Shown in pieces: positions 19,230-28,551 of a DNA stretch of 64,000 bases. The position numbers were made by a program, and so were the translations under genes. Within the stretch, counting starts at the first letter, position 1. Every line of letters begins with the position of its first letter. Under the pieces are notes generated by a model. That model worked only from the letters and a program-made list of their open reading frames with translations, was not told the origin of the DNA and did no database searches. Source of the DNA: Flavobacteriales bacterium (GTDB taxonomy: Bacteria; Bacteroidota; Bacteroidia; Flavobacteriales_F; PHOS-HE28); assembly GCA_016703105.1 (NCBI GenBank), contig JADJCS010000007.1:143810-207809 (forward strand). The letters run 5' to 3'.

Positions 19230-20540
19230 TTACGGCAGTTGTGCTGCACGCGTCGCCGTGGGCACCACCCCGCCCACGCTGGTGAGGATCGGATCCCTGT
19301 CGTTGAACGAGCCTGCGTACTTCACGGTGCCGTCCAAATTCACGTCGTTCGGGTTGTACACGCTCGGCAGCGTGCCGGTGGGCACCCCACCGCCAATGGC
19401 CACCAACAGCGGATCGCGGTCGTTACCGGCACCGGCGTACTTGATGGTGCCGTTCCCATTGGTATCACCTGGCCACAGCACGCGGTAGTTGTATAGGGTG
19501 TCCCCCACTTTGCGGGCGTTCACGCCCCAGGTGTTCGTAGCGGCAGCGGTGAAATCCACGCCAGTGTGCGCCGACGGTGTTGCCACAGGAGCGCTCAAGG
19601 CCACCGGCGTAGCCGTCATACACCCCAGATGGTTGCGGTGCCGCACGGCCACGTAGTAATTGCCGGGCGCTACGTTGAACGCGATGGCCGAAGTTCCGTC
19701 CGCTCCGTACACGGATCCCATTTGGCTGACCAACCCCTGCCGGGTGGCCACCACCACCGTTGGATCCATCGCAGAGCGAAGTTCCACGCGGACCCAATCC
19801 ACTGGTCCATCCAAGTTGTTGAAGCTCCACCACGCCGTCGGTGCTACCTCGCCACCACCACCGCCCGCCTGTGCATACCCAAGAGCCGTATAGGGCTCCA
19901 GTGCCGGCAGCAGGTTCTGCAGGCGCAGGTTCGCCGGCATATACCCATTGGAATACGGCCCACCGAGCAGGAGGCGCACCCATAGAAAAGCAGTGGTAGC
20001 CAGCGGGCTGGTCTCTACCATCACATCGTCGAACCACGCGGTTGACGTGCCGTTCGCAGAGACTTCGAGCACGATGCAGAACTCCGCGTTCGGGTCGGAG
20101 GAATGATCCACCGGAGGCAGCACATGCGGGGGCACGGCAAAGGGTCTCCAACCTGTATTGCCTCCAATGGTGTAGTAAGCGTTCGAGCCGTAGGCGCTTC
20201 CATCGTTCAAGTGGACCCAGTCCAGCCATACGCGTTGGTTCACATCCGTATCGCTGGCCTTCATCCAGCTGGAGTAGCGGTAGGCCAGGGCGGAGTTGAA
20301 CGGGATGGGATGATACACGCGGCGCACTGGGTTCAGCGGGTCCACCGCGAGCGCCAGAGCGTTCGCTCCGCTGGCCCCGGGCCCCAATGCGATCGGCTGG
20401 CCATTGTCCTGCACCCAACCGTTCAGGCCGTTGGGCCCTTCAAAGTCGAAATGGTATTGCTGCGCCAGCAAAGGTGCTCCGCACAACACGGGCAACAGGC
20501 CAACGCACCACATCCCAAGGTAGCAGGCGGTGATCTTCAT
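19230..20540 (-). CDS. secreted hypothetical protein with C-terminal dockerin-like Ca-binding repeats
   Basis: Signal peptide (start trimmed to MKITACYLG). Two C-terminal 'D.N.DGT.KYAG..NDRDP' repeats. Confidence 0.5.
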   Translation of the reverse strand: MKITACYLGMWCVGLLPVLCGAPLLAQQYHFDFEGPNGLNGWVQDNGQPIALGPGASGANALALAVDPLNPVRRVYHPIPFNSALAYRYSSWMKASDTDVNQRVWLDWVHLNDGSAYGSNAYYTIGGNTGWRPFAVPPHVLPPVDHSSDPNAEFCIVLEVSANGTSTAWFDDVMVETSPLATTAFLWVRLLLGGPYSNGYMPANLRLQNLLPALEPYTALGYAQAGGGGGEVAPTAWWSFNNLDGPVDWVRVELRSAMDPTVVVATRQGLVSQMGSVYGADGTSAIAFNVAPGNYYVAVRHRNHLGCMTATPVALSAPVATPSAHTGVDFTAAATNTWGVNARKVGDTLYNYRVLWPGDTNGNGTIKYAGAGNDRDPLLVAIGGGVPTGTLPSVYNPNDVNLDGTVKYAGSFNDRDPILTSVGGVVPTATRAAQLP

Positions 20541-20701
20541 CGGTTCGGTGGTTCGGGTAGAAGACGGCGGGCCGCACCAGGCGTTGCCGCGAAGATCCAC
20601 TTTCACGGCGGCACCACCATCCGGACCGGTATATACGGTCCATAACTCTGGGCGCATGCGGTGGCGCGAAGCTTCTATCTTGGTGGGGCAGCGCGCACCC
20701 C

Positions 20702-21364
20702 ATGGCCACCGCCCCGCTACACATCGCCGTGGTGGACGATCACCCCCTCGTCCGCAGAGGCTTCGTGGACATGCTGAGCGGCTGGCCCCAAGGCAAGGTG
20801 GTGGTGGAAGCCGCCAATGGCCTGGACTACGAGGAGCGCTGCGCGGAGGTGGGCCATATCCACCTGGCCGTGGTGGACCTGCGCATGCCCGTGCGCGATG
20901 GCTACGACACCATTGCCTGGATCACCCGCCACCAGCCGCGCACCAAAGCGCTCGCCCTTACCTACGACCCCTGCACGCACAGCGCACAGCGCGCGCTGCG
21001 CTGTGGGGCCCGGGCCTTCCTCGCCAAGGGCATCAGGCGCGAGGAACTGCAACGGGCCTTGCACACGGTGCATACCGCGGACTTCTACTACAACACCTAT
21101 GTGGATCGCGCCCTGCGCCGGCAAGTGGAGGAAGAGGCGGCCATGGCGCACCCGGACAAGCTCATCGCCAGCCTCACCCCGCGCGAAAAGGAGTTCCTCC
21201 TGCTCTACACCGCACCCGGCAGCCCCAGCATCGTGGAAGTGGGGCGACGCATGGGCCTCAAGCCGGAAAGTGCCGAAAAGCTGCGCCAGGCCGTGGTAAG
21301 GCGTCTCGGCATTTCCGACCGGGGGGAAATGGTGCGGTTCGTATTGGTACACGGGGTGAAGTGA
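20702..21364 (+). CDS. two-component response regulator, LuxR/NarL family
   Basis: Receiver domain (DD...D...K pattern: 'VVDDHP', 'VVDLRMP'). C-terminal LuxR HTH 'LTPREKEFLLL...'. Confidence 0.8.
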   Translation: MATAPLHIAVVDDHPLVRRGFVDMLSGWPQGKVVVEAANGLDYEERCAEVGHIHLAVVDLRMPVRDGYDTIAWITRHQPRTKALALTYDPCTHSAQRALRCGARAFLAKGIRREELQRALHTVHTADFYYNTYVDRALRRQVEEEAAMAHPDKLIASLTPREKEFLLLYTAPGSPSIVEVGRRMGLKPESAEKLRQAVVRRLGISDRGEMVRFVLVHGVK

Positions 21365-21474
21365 GCCCGCATGACTATCTACTCCGGCGGGCCGGAGACA
21401 CTTTTTCCTCCGCGCAGGGTCACCGTATTCAGGTGCCGAAGCGTCTCGCGAAGGCAGCCCTCGGGACTCTGCGC

Positions 21475-23124
21475 TTATGGGTGATTCGCTGATGGCCGAG
21501 TGAGTTTGCGCAATTCGGCTAAAGCCGCATTGATCTCATCGCCCTTTGCAGCTATCAGATCCATCAATTCGATCGGGGTCCGCTCATCCACATCCGCTTT
21601 CCGGTTCGGGTTCACGGCCTTCAGGTCGTAAACGCTGTTGAGCCGGTCCTTGCGCTTGGCCTCGTCAAGCTTCGCTGCTTCCTCTTGGGCTTTCTTCTTC
21701 CGCGCATCCAGGTCAATGGTCCAACTGCGTTCACTATCGGTGCGGGTGGGTAGCAGGCGGAAGAACTCCTCGAAGTGGTCCAAGGTCATTGGGTTCTTCT
21801 TGCGGATCTTCAGATCGCTGAGGTCGTAGTACCAGATCTTGCGCGTGGGCTGGCCCTTGGTGAAGAAGAGCAAGTTGGTCTTTACGCCTGCGCCCGCTTG
21901 GGTGAAGACACCACCCGGCAAGCTCACGATGCACCATAAATCACACTCGTTCAAGAGCTTCTGCTTAGTCTTCACGAAGGCATCCTCGTTCGCACGGAAG
22001 AGCACGCCTTCGTCGAGCACGATACCGCAACGGCTCTTGTTCTTCATGTGCTTCAGCAAATGCTGTATGAAGAGCACCTGCGTGCTGCTGGTTTTGTAGG
22101 CGAAGTCCGTTTGCGCCTCCTTGCCCTCCTTGCCGCCGAAGGGTGGGTTCGTGAGGATCACATCGAAGAATTCCGGTGCGCCTTCAAAGAGACCTTCATA
22201 GTCAATGCGACCAGTAAGGGTGTTGCCCCACCAGAGGTTGGGCTTGTCGATGCCGTGCAGGATGAGATTGGCCAGCGCGATGGGAAAAATGAGACCCTCT
22301 TTCTCGCGGCCGAAGAAGGTCTTGTTCTTCAGTGTGGTCAACTGGTTGGCCGTGGCCTTGGCGCCGTAGGTGTTGATCACGTGCTCATAGGCCTCGGCCA
22401 AGAAACCACCGGTACCACACCCCGGGTCATAGATGGTCTCGCCGGGTTTGGGGTCGATAGCCTTGACAACCGCTTTGATCACTTGACGAGGCGTGAAGAA
22501 CTGCCCACCGTCGTTGTTCTTTTCGCCCATCTTCAGCAACAGGCCTTCGTAGACCTGGCTGAGCGCGAAGACGTGCGAGGAATCCATGCTTTCCTGTTGC
22601 AGCTCGTGGACTTTGTCGAGCACATCAAGGAAGTTACGCTCCGTATCCACCCGCACTTTCTCCACGCTGTTCATCACCTCGCTGATCACCTTCTGGCGGG
22701 CGGTGGCGCGCGGATGGTCCTTCAGGCTCTTTAGGTAGGGCAGCAACTTCTCGTTCACGAAGGCGAACAAGGAGCCTTGCGGCGCGGACGTGAGTTCCTC
22801 ACGTTTCTTGGCCTTGGGCGCTGCCCAGTCCTGCCAACGGTATGGCGCGTTGATGCTCGCAGCGAACGCGCGCCCTACGGCCTTGTTCTCGCTCGCCTCC
22901 TGTGTCTCGCGCTCATCCAGGATCCGCAGGAAGAGGATCCACGTGAGTTCGGGGATGTACTGCAACGCGCTGGTGCAGCCACCGCGACGCAGGATGTCGC
23001 AGATGGTCTTCACCGCGCTGTTCACGCTGCTTTGCGAGGACAAGGCACGAGCCATTTCCTTCGGCACGCGCTCCTTCTTCACCTTGCCTGGCGCGGCATT
23101 CTTGCGGGGGTGTCCTTTGGGCAT
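21475..23124 (-). CDS. hsdM: Type I restriction-modification system DNA methyltransferase subunit
   Basis: N6-adenine MTase motifs 'DPGCGTGGFL' (motif I) and 'NPPFGG' (motif IV). 549 aa. Confidence 0.95.
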   Translation of the reverse strand: MPKGHPRKNAAPGKVKKERVPKEMARALSSQSSVNSAVKTICDILRRGGCTSALQYIPELTWILFLRILDERETQEASENKAVGRAFAASINAPYRWQDWAAPKAKKREELTSAPQGSLFAFVNEKLLPYLKSLKDHPRATARQKVISEVMNSVEKVRVDTERNFLDVLDKVHELQQESMDSSHVFALSQVYEGLLLKMGEKNNDGGQFFTPRQVIKAVVKAIDPKPGETIYDPGCGTGGFLAEAYEHVINTYGAKATANQLTTLKNKTFFGREKEGLIFPIALANLILHGIDKPNLWWGNTLTGRIDYEGLFEGAPEFFDVILTNPPFGGKEGKEAQTDFAYKTSSTQVLFIQHLLKHMKNKSRCGIVLDEGVLFRANEDAFVKTKQKLLNECDLWCIVSLPGGVFTQAGAGVKTNLLFFTKGQPTRKIWYYDLSDLKIRKKNPMTLDHFEEFFRLLPTRTDSERSWTIDLDARKKKAQEEAAKLDEAKRKDRLNSVYDLKAVNPNRKADVDERTPIELMDLIAAKGDEINAALAELRKLTRPSANHP

Positions 23125-23129
23125 GCGGG

Positions 23130-23573
23130 TCAGGTCTTCAGCGCGCCCTTGGCCAAGCGATCACGAACGGAATTGCTCAGCATCACAGGAGGCTGCTTAT
23201 CAGAACCTGTCATATCAAGGCATCCATCGAAGCGATCAGGAAAAGGAATGATCTGCGCGTGAGCGCCATTCTCGGGGTCTTCTGCGGGATGGGGATCGTG
23301 GCAAACGCACAAGGCCAATGAGCGCACATGGGCGGTGGCCAAGCGGCACAAGCAGTACTTACCGGGATCCGTTGTCGCCTTCTTGGCCCGTTCCAGCGTG
23401 GTCAATCGCTCTACATCCACAGAAAGCCCACTTTCCCCCTTGTCTTTGCGCAACCGGAATGCCAGCGGTGTCGCCGTTCCATCCTCGCGGAAGTAATTGT
23501 CTCCTTCAGCGTACACCCGGCGCAGCAACATGTCAGCGTCAGCGATCGCCTGCCGTGGTATCCTACTTTCCAT
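23130..23573 (-). CDS. hypothetical protein Z, RM-embedded cargo
   Basis: ORF 23130..23630; start ambiguous, with ATGs at 23573 and 23531. Stop is 6 nt before the hsdM start. No recognisable family. Confidence 0.4.
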   Translation of the reverse strand: MESRIPRQAIADADMLLRRVYAEGDNYFREDGTATPLAFRLRKDKGESGLSVDVERLTTLERAKKATTDPGKYCLCRLATAHVRSLALCVCHDPHPAEDPENGAHAQIIPFPDRFDGCLDMTGSDKQPPVMLSNSVRDRLAKGALKT

Positions 23574-24048
23574 GCAGATGGTCCAACAGGCGGTGCGGGC
23601 GGTACGCACCCTCATAAGGATATTCATCACCCTCGATCAGGAGCAATTCGTTGCCGTCCTCTGCACTGAAGTACACTTGGGCCTGCCGTTTACCAGGGGC
23701 CTTGAACTCGATAAACAGTTCGCCGTTGGGCCCTGCACCGATGTGGTTAGGGATGAAACCAGCGTAGCCCAGGTCCTTCACAGCTCGCTTCGCCATGCGC
23801 ACCGTGGCTTGTGATGGGGCAATGGCACCCATGCCGTCCCAATCTGCCTTGAGTGCGCGTGTGCGTTCGATCCGGGCCAGTTGGTAACGCAACTCTTCGC
23901 TCACGGGGTATGAGAGGTGCGCATCGATCACAGAACTGGTGGCGCTGGAAGAGAACGCGATGGTGAGCAGCCCTTTGATCTTGTCCGACCAAACGCTGGT
24001 GTAATCGTCCACTTGCGTGGGTATGCCAAGGCTAAGCGAAGGAGGCAT
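23563..24048 (-). CDS. hypothetical protein Y, RM-embedded cargo
   Basis: 161-aa ORF with ATG start, tightly packed between X and Z. No recognisable family. Confidence 0.4.
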   Translation of the reverse strand: MPPSLSLGIPTQVDDYTSVWSDKIKGLLTIAFSSSATSSVIDAHLSYPVSEELRYQLARIERTRALKADWDGMGAIAPSQATVRMAKRAVKDLGYAGFIPNHIGAGPNGELFIEFKAPGKRQAQVYFSAEDGNELLLIEGDEYPYEGAYRPHRLLDHLHGK

Positions 24049-24778
24049 GGAAGTCGGGTTGGCAGAAGTCCTTGAAAAGCTTCGAACTCAGATCGTGCGC
24101 AGTGTTACCCCAAGCCAGCAGCCCGGCGCGGTCGAAGGATCCTTTCCGCTGCACGGTGGTTTGCCAGATCAGGCGGTCATCGCCGTCACGATCCGTGCCA
24201 CTGCCGATCTGCAAATGCAGTTGGTCGTCGTCGGGCAGGTCGAACAGCTGCTGAAACGAGACGTCCTTGGGCACCATGCCATGGTCGAATTGGTTGGCGA
24301 AGCCGAAGCGTAGGTGCTTGGAGATGAACGACGCCCAATCGGTGAAGCCATAGTCCTTCACCTTCACACTGTCTATGTACCGCAAGGCCACCTGCTCATA
24401 GGGCAAGGTTCCGTCGTAGGCTTTCTCCAGCATTTCCAACCCGTAGATCAGGGTGGGCTGGTAGCTCTCCTGCCAATCGTAGTTCTTGTCCGTATCGTTC
24501 ACGGTGAACACTCCGGGGCCCAATTGCAGCAACGGGCTGGCACCTGGCTCCTTCCGGAATTGCAGCACCGCCTGCCGTGCGAAGAGGTGCTGAGTAAGCG
24601 GATGGAATGGCAGTCGCTGATCCACATGCGGGAAGCGTTCCTGCACATGGGCTTTTAGCGCACCGGCGGCCAAACTATATTTCTGGTCGTACTCCTGACC
24701 CGTAGCCTGGTCGGTATCCAAGGCCCACCGGGCCTCGAAGATCACTTCTTGCAAGGGGGCGTTCGATAGGCGGCTCAT
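24032..24778 (-). CDS. hypothetical protein X, RM-embedded cargo
   Basis: ~250 aa; start trimmed to MSRLSNAPLQEVIFEARW. Directly downstream of hsdS; no recognisable catalytic motif. Confidence 0.45.
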   Translation of the reverse strand: MSRLSNAPLQEVIFEARWALDTDQATGQEYDQKYSLAAGALKAHVQERFPHVDQRLPFHPLTQHLFARQAVLQFRKEPGASPLLQLGPGVFTVNDTDKNYDWQESYQPTLIYGLEMLEKAYDGTLPYEQVALRYIDSVKVKDYGFTDWASFISKHLRFGFANQFDHGMVPKDVSFQQLFDLPDDDQLHLQIGSGTDRDGDDRLIWQTTVQRKGSFDRAGLLAWGNTAHDLSSKLFKDFCQPDFHASFA

Positions 24779-24864
24779 CAGGAGGTCAACGCAAAGTAAT
24801 CCGGCTTGGTGCGCGCGCAACGGCGAGCCTGCTAAATTGTGTTACACAAAGGCATGTTGGCAAG

Positions 24865-26070
24865 CTACCCGCCTCCGAACACCGCCCCCAACAACTTCCC
24901 GGGCAGTGCCTCGATCACCGCACCTTCTTCGTTGCACTTCGCCACGGTACCCCGGCTTAGCCGGATCGCCTTCTCCAACCGATCCGCGATGGAGCGTTGT
25001 TCAGCCAGCGAAGGCACATGTAGTTGCAGACTCTTGATCGTGGGCATGTACACCGTCTTGTGCGTGGCCCCGCTGGATAGGCCTCGGAAAAAATGCCGCG
25101 ATGCCATGAACGCGTACATCAAGTAGCGAGGGTCCAGTTGTTCGCCGCACACCCAGTTCGCGAAGTCCTGACTGGTAGCCATTTCACGCCCCATGATGGT
25201 GGTGAAGCCTACCGACGCCGTGCGCGAAAGACACACCGTTCCCTTCGGGAGCAGTCGCGCGGCGGAGTTCGCCAAGCCCAACTCGTTCGTGCGTTCACCG
25301 GAGCGCATGGCCACTTCTCCATCCAGCCTGCGCACATCGGAGAGTTGCAACCACTCCACATCGCCATGCCACCATTCGGGATGGTTCCGGCTCGGGGTAT
25401 GGCCGCTTTCCAATCGCGCCAACTTGGTGATCAGTTTCCACGACCAGCCCTTTCGTTCACCTACTTCATCGCTGTCCAGTGCTACCGGAACGATACCATG
25501 GAACGCATCCAGCAACAGCTTTGCTTCCAACCTCCCCGCCGCCGCTACCCGCTCCGCCGCCGCCTTGCGCGCCTTCTCTACTGCCGCCAGCTGCCCTGTG
25601 AGCAAACCCGCGATGCGGTTCTGTTCGTTAGGTCCGTGCTTCGGCACCATCATCTTCATCAACTCTTTCATACTCGCACGGGGCATCCTCGACCCGGTGG
25701 TATCTCTCATAGCTAACTCAACCGCTTCAGGACGCCGCAACAAATAGGAGAGATACTCACGGGAAGTGCCGGGGGTCGGAAGCAAGGGGATGATCTCCGT
25801 CGTACACCTTCCGGGCTGGTCGGGCAGTGCGACTTTGTTCAAGTAGGGCCGAAGCTTCCCATAGAGCACATGGCGTTCATCGTAGTAGAACGTGGTGCTC
25901 TTGCCTTCATCCGCGACCGCATCTTCTGGTTCCTTCAGCAGCCGACCAGTCTGCGCCTCGACGTGCTCCAAGCTGAGGTAGGAAAGTCGGCGGGCCTCTG
26001 CGGAGCCACCTTCAACTATCCTCCTGTCTTCGATGCAGAGTGATAACAGCGGGATGAACTCGCTCTTCAT
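24865..26070 (-). CDS. hsdS: Type I restriction-modification specificity subunit
   Basis: 401 aa with two target-recognition domains separated by conserved coiled-coil spacer regions. ATGA overlap with the upstream hsdR tail. Confidence 0.85.
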   Translation of the reverse strand: MKSEFIPLLSLCIEDRRIVEGGSAEARRLSYLSLEHVEAQTGRLLKEPEDAVADEGKSTTFYYDERHVLYGKLRPYLNKVALPDQPGRCTTEIIPLLPTPGTSREYLSYLLRRPEAVELAMRDTTGSRMPRASMKELMKMMVPKHGPNEQNRIAGLLTGQLAAVEKARKAAAERVAAAGRLEAKLLLDAFHGIVPVALDSDEVGERKGWSWKLITKLARLESGHTPSRNHPEWWHGDVEWLQLSDVRRLDGEVAMRSGERTNELGLANSAARLLPKGTVCLSRTASVGFTTIMGREMATSQDFANWVCGEQLDPRYLMYAFMASRHFFRGLSSGATHKTVYMPTIKSLQLHVPSLAEQRSIADRLEKAIRLSRGTVAKCNEEGAVIEALPGKLLGAVFGGG

Positions 26071-26354
26071 GCCGCAAACATCCGCTTCTTGGTTTCCTCG
26101 AACAATACGGCAGGTTCACCGGCTAATTGCAAGGCCTGCAAGCCACCGGCATTGCGCACGGCAGGCGTTTGAAAGATCTGCGGGTTCTCCAGGCCCTCGG
26201 TGCCTTCCACTTTGAATTGCCCGGCAATGGCCAGCAGTGCAGCGCGCGTCTTCTCCGGCAAGGTGTGCAACCAGTCCTCATGCTTGTAGCGGAAGGCCCC
26301 ACGCGGTCTTCCGCGTGCGCGGCAAGGCACCCCAGCCCAGTTGCGCCAGCACAT
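26067..26354 (-). other. hsdR: out-of-frame C-terminal fragment of hsdR (EcoEI_R_C-like tail)
   Basis: '...YKHEDWLHTLPEKTRAALLAIAGQF...ENPQIFQTPAVRNAGGLQAL' is the conserved HsdR C-terminal domain. The frame shift sits at the C/G run near 26295-26300. Confidence 0.6.
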
Positions 26355-28461
26355 CGTACAGGTCGTAGGCTTCCATGGCGTCCACCAGTTGCACCACAGC
26401 CGGGCTGCAACCGCTGCTCACGAGCAGGTGCATCAGTTCCTCGCGCGTGGGTGGGTCCACCCATTGCTGCCGGAACTCTTCCAAACTGTGCGCTTCCTGC
26501 AAGAGACGTGTGGCCAGGCGCTGGCGGTATTCCTCCACGGGTATCGGCTTGGCCTGCCCATCCACCTCCGCCACGATGAAGTGCCCGGCGGGCGATACAT
26601 GCACGTCGAAGCCATCCACGGTGATGATGCGCGGGGGCTCACCCTCGCCGCCTCCTTCACTTCCTTCACCTTCTTTCTTCGGCTTGGTAATGAACTCCTC
26701 ACCGAATAGCCGCGTGGCGTTGGTGTAATCGTAGAGCCGGAACATCAGCTTCTGGCTCTCGGGGTGCAGGCGTGTGCCGCGCCCCACCATCTGGTAGAAG
26801 CTGATGGGACTCTTGAGGTATTTGAAGAAGACGATGTTGCGGATGATGGGCACATCCACGCCGGTGGTGAGCAGGTCCACCGTGGTGGCGATGAAGTGGC
26901 TGCGGGTGCTGGCGCGCAGGTCCGGCAGTTGGTCGTTGCCACTGCTGGCCGCCGTGCATTTGAAGGCGTACATGTCCAGCCGTTCGGCACCGTTGGCGGT
27001 ACACCATGCGGCGTAGAGGTTGTTCAGCTTCACAGCAACGGCATCGGCATGTGCATCACGGGCGCAGAAGATGATGGTCTTCTGTTCCGGACCGCCGCTT
27101 TCCAACAGGTAGTTGAAGAGGTCCTGGCACATGGCCGCCACGCGGTCCGGCAGCATTAAGCTGTTCTCGTAGGCGGTGCTGGCATAGTGCTCCTGTACGT
27201 CGGCCGTGGTAAGCAGCTCCCCTGTGCGAGCATCGCGTGGTTCGCGCGCCATGATCTCCTCCACGGTAAGGCCGCGCTCATCGATGCTCACGCGACCCTT
27301 CTTTATCTCGCATGCGGCGAGGTAGCCATCCTCCACGGCCTGTGTATAGCTGTACTCATAAACCGGTTCGCCGAAGTATTTCAGGTTGTTGGCGGTGATG
27401 GCCTTGTCGGCCTCGGCTTCCTTGGTGTGTGCCTCAACGGTCAGTTCGCGCGGTGTGGCGGTGAGACCGATCTGCGCGGCCTTCGCGTTGCGCTCCAGCA
27501 CTTTGCTCCACTTGCCCCATGCGCTGCGGTGGCACTCATCGATGACGATGTGTGAAAAGTGGTTCTCGGGATAGAAGGTGGTAAGGAAGGACGCGTCGCC
27601 CTCATCCGTATCGACCCCGAGCGTTTGGTAGGTGGCGATGTGAATGCGTGCGTTCTTGGCGTTGTTGGTCTCGCCCTTCTTGTACACCTCGGCGGCATCG
27701 GCACCGAAGGCGTTGTTGAAGGCACCGAGCGCCTGCGTGCGCAGTTCGTCGCGGTCGCAGAGGAAGAGGGCGCGCGTCATCTGGCCGGAATCGCTCAGGC
27801 GCTTGAGCAGATTCACGGCAATGAAGGTCTTGCCCGCACCGGTGGCGAGCGAGAGCAAGGCGCGCTTAGGTTCACCTGTCTTCTCGCACCGCGCCATCTT
27901 CTCGAACACGGCACGGATGGCGGCATCCTGATAATAGCGGCGCGTGCCTTCGCCGGTGGCATAAGGCTGCAACAGTGGCTTGGCGGCCTCGTCGTTCAAG
28001 CTGAAGCCTTGGGCCGATTCGTAGCGTGTGCGCAATTCATCCGGCCCAGGAAAATCGGACATCGGCATTGCGACCGTGGTCATGCCCGTATGCCTATCGA
28101 ACAGCACGAACATGTGCCCGTTGCTGCTGATAACGAACTGCACGTTCAGCCGTTCGCACTTGGCGTAGCACTTGGCTTGTTCCAGACCATGTCCAGGCAT
28201 CAGGCTTTCCTTCTTCGCTTCCAGTACCGCGAGCGCAACGGGCTGTTTGCCGCCGGTAACGCTCACGCGCAGCACATAATCCACCTTGCCGCTGCGCTGC
28301 CTGCGGGCCTTGTTGTCACCAATAAGGTCGATGCCGCCCGCCGTTTCCTCCCGCCGGATGTGGTCCTCGTTCCACCCGCACCGATAAATGGCGGGGTCGA
28401 TGAGCTTGGCGCGGGTGTCGGCTTCGTTGAACAAGGCGGGTGAAAGTAGGGTGCGGAACAA
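26278..28461 (-). CDS. hsdR: Type I restriction enzyme R subunit (frame breaks near C-terminus)
   Basis: N-terminal nuclease/'DUF' region, SF2 helicase motifs ('LATGAGKT', DEAH-like 'VIDECHRS'). The 727-aa frame ends at 26278; the conserved C-terminal domain continues in another frame. Confidence 0.9.
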   Translation of the reverse strand: MFRTLLSPALFNEADTRAKLIDPAIYRCGWNEDHIRREETAGGIDLIGDNKARRQRSGKVDYVLRVSVTGGKQPVALAVLEAKKESLMPGHGLEQAKCYAKCERLNVQFVISSNGHMFVLFDRHTGMTTVAMPMSDFPGPDELRTRYESAQGFSLNDEAAKPLLQPYATGEGTRRYYQDAAIRAVFEKMARCEKTGEPKRALLSLATGAGKTFIAVNLLKRLSDSGQMTRALFLCDRDELRTQALGAFNNAFGADAAEVYKKGETNNAKNARIHIATYQTLGVDTDEGDASFLTTFYPENHFSHIVIDECHRSAWGKWSKVLERNAKAAQIGLTATPRELTVEAHTKEAEADKAITANNLKYFGEPVYEYSYTQAVEDGYLAACEIKKGRVSIDERGLTVEEIMAREPRDARTGELLTTADVQEHYASTAYENSLMLPDRVAAMCQDLFNYLLESGGPEQKTIIFCARDAHADAVAVKLNNLYAAWCTANGAERLDMYAFKCTAASSGNDQLPDLRASTRSHFIATTVDLLTTGVDVPIIRNIVFFKYLKSPISFYQMVGRGTRLHPESQKLMFRLYDYTNATRLFGEEFITKPKKEGEGSEGGGEGEPPRIITVDGFDVHVSPAGHFIVAEVDGQAKPIPVEEYRQRLATRLLQEAHSLEEFRQQWVDPPTREELMHLLVSSGCSPAVVQLVDAMEAYDLYDVLAQLGWGALPRTRKTAWGLPLQA

Positions 28462-28551
28462 CGCGAGGGTATGCCATTAGCCGTCCCGCGATGCCACGAC
28501 CCAACTGAAATGCCTGCGTTCTTCAGGCGTGGTGCTAACCTGCCTACCCGT

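Noticed and set aside
24047-24313. Plus-strand ORF (MEVGLAEV..., 89 aa) preceded by a perfect AGGAGG, antisense to cargo gene X
   Set aside because: It is antisense to a better-supported ORF within an operon of uniform orientation. Bacteroidota rarely use SD sequences. It is likely chance, though a small antisense gene cannot be excluded.
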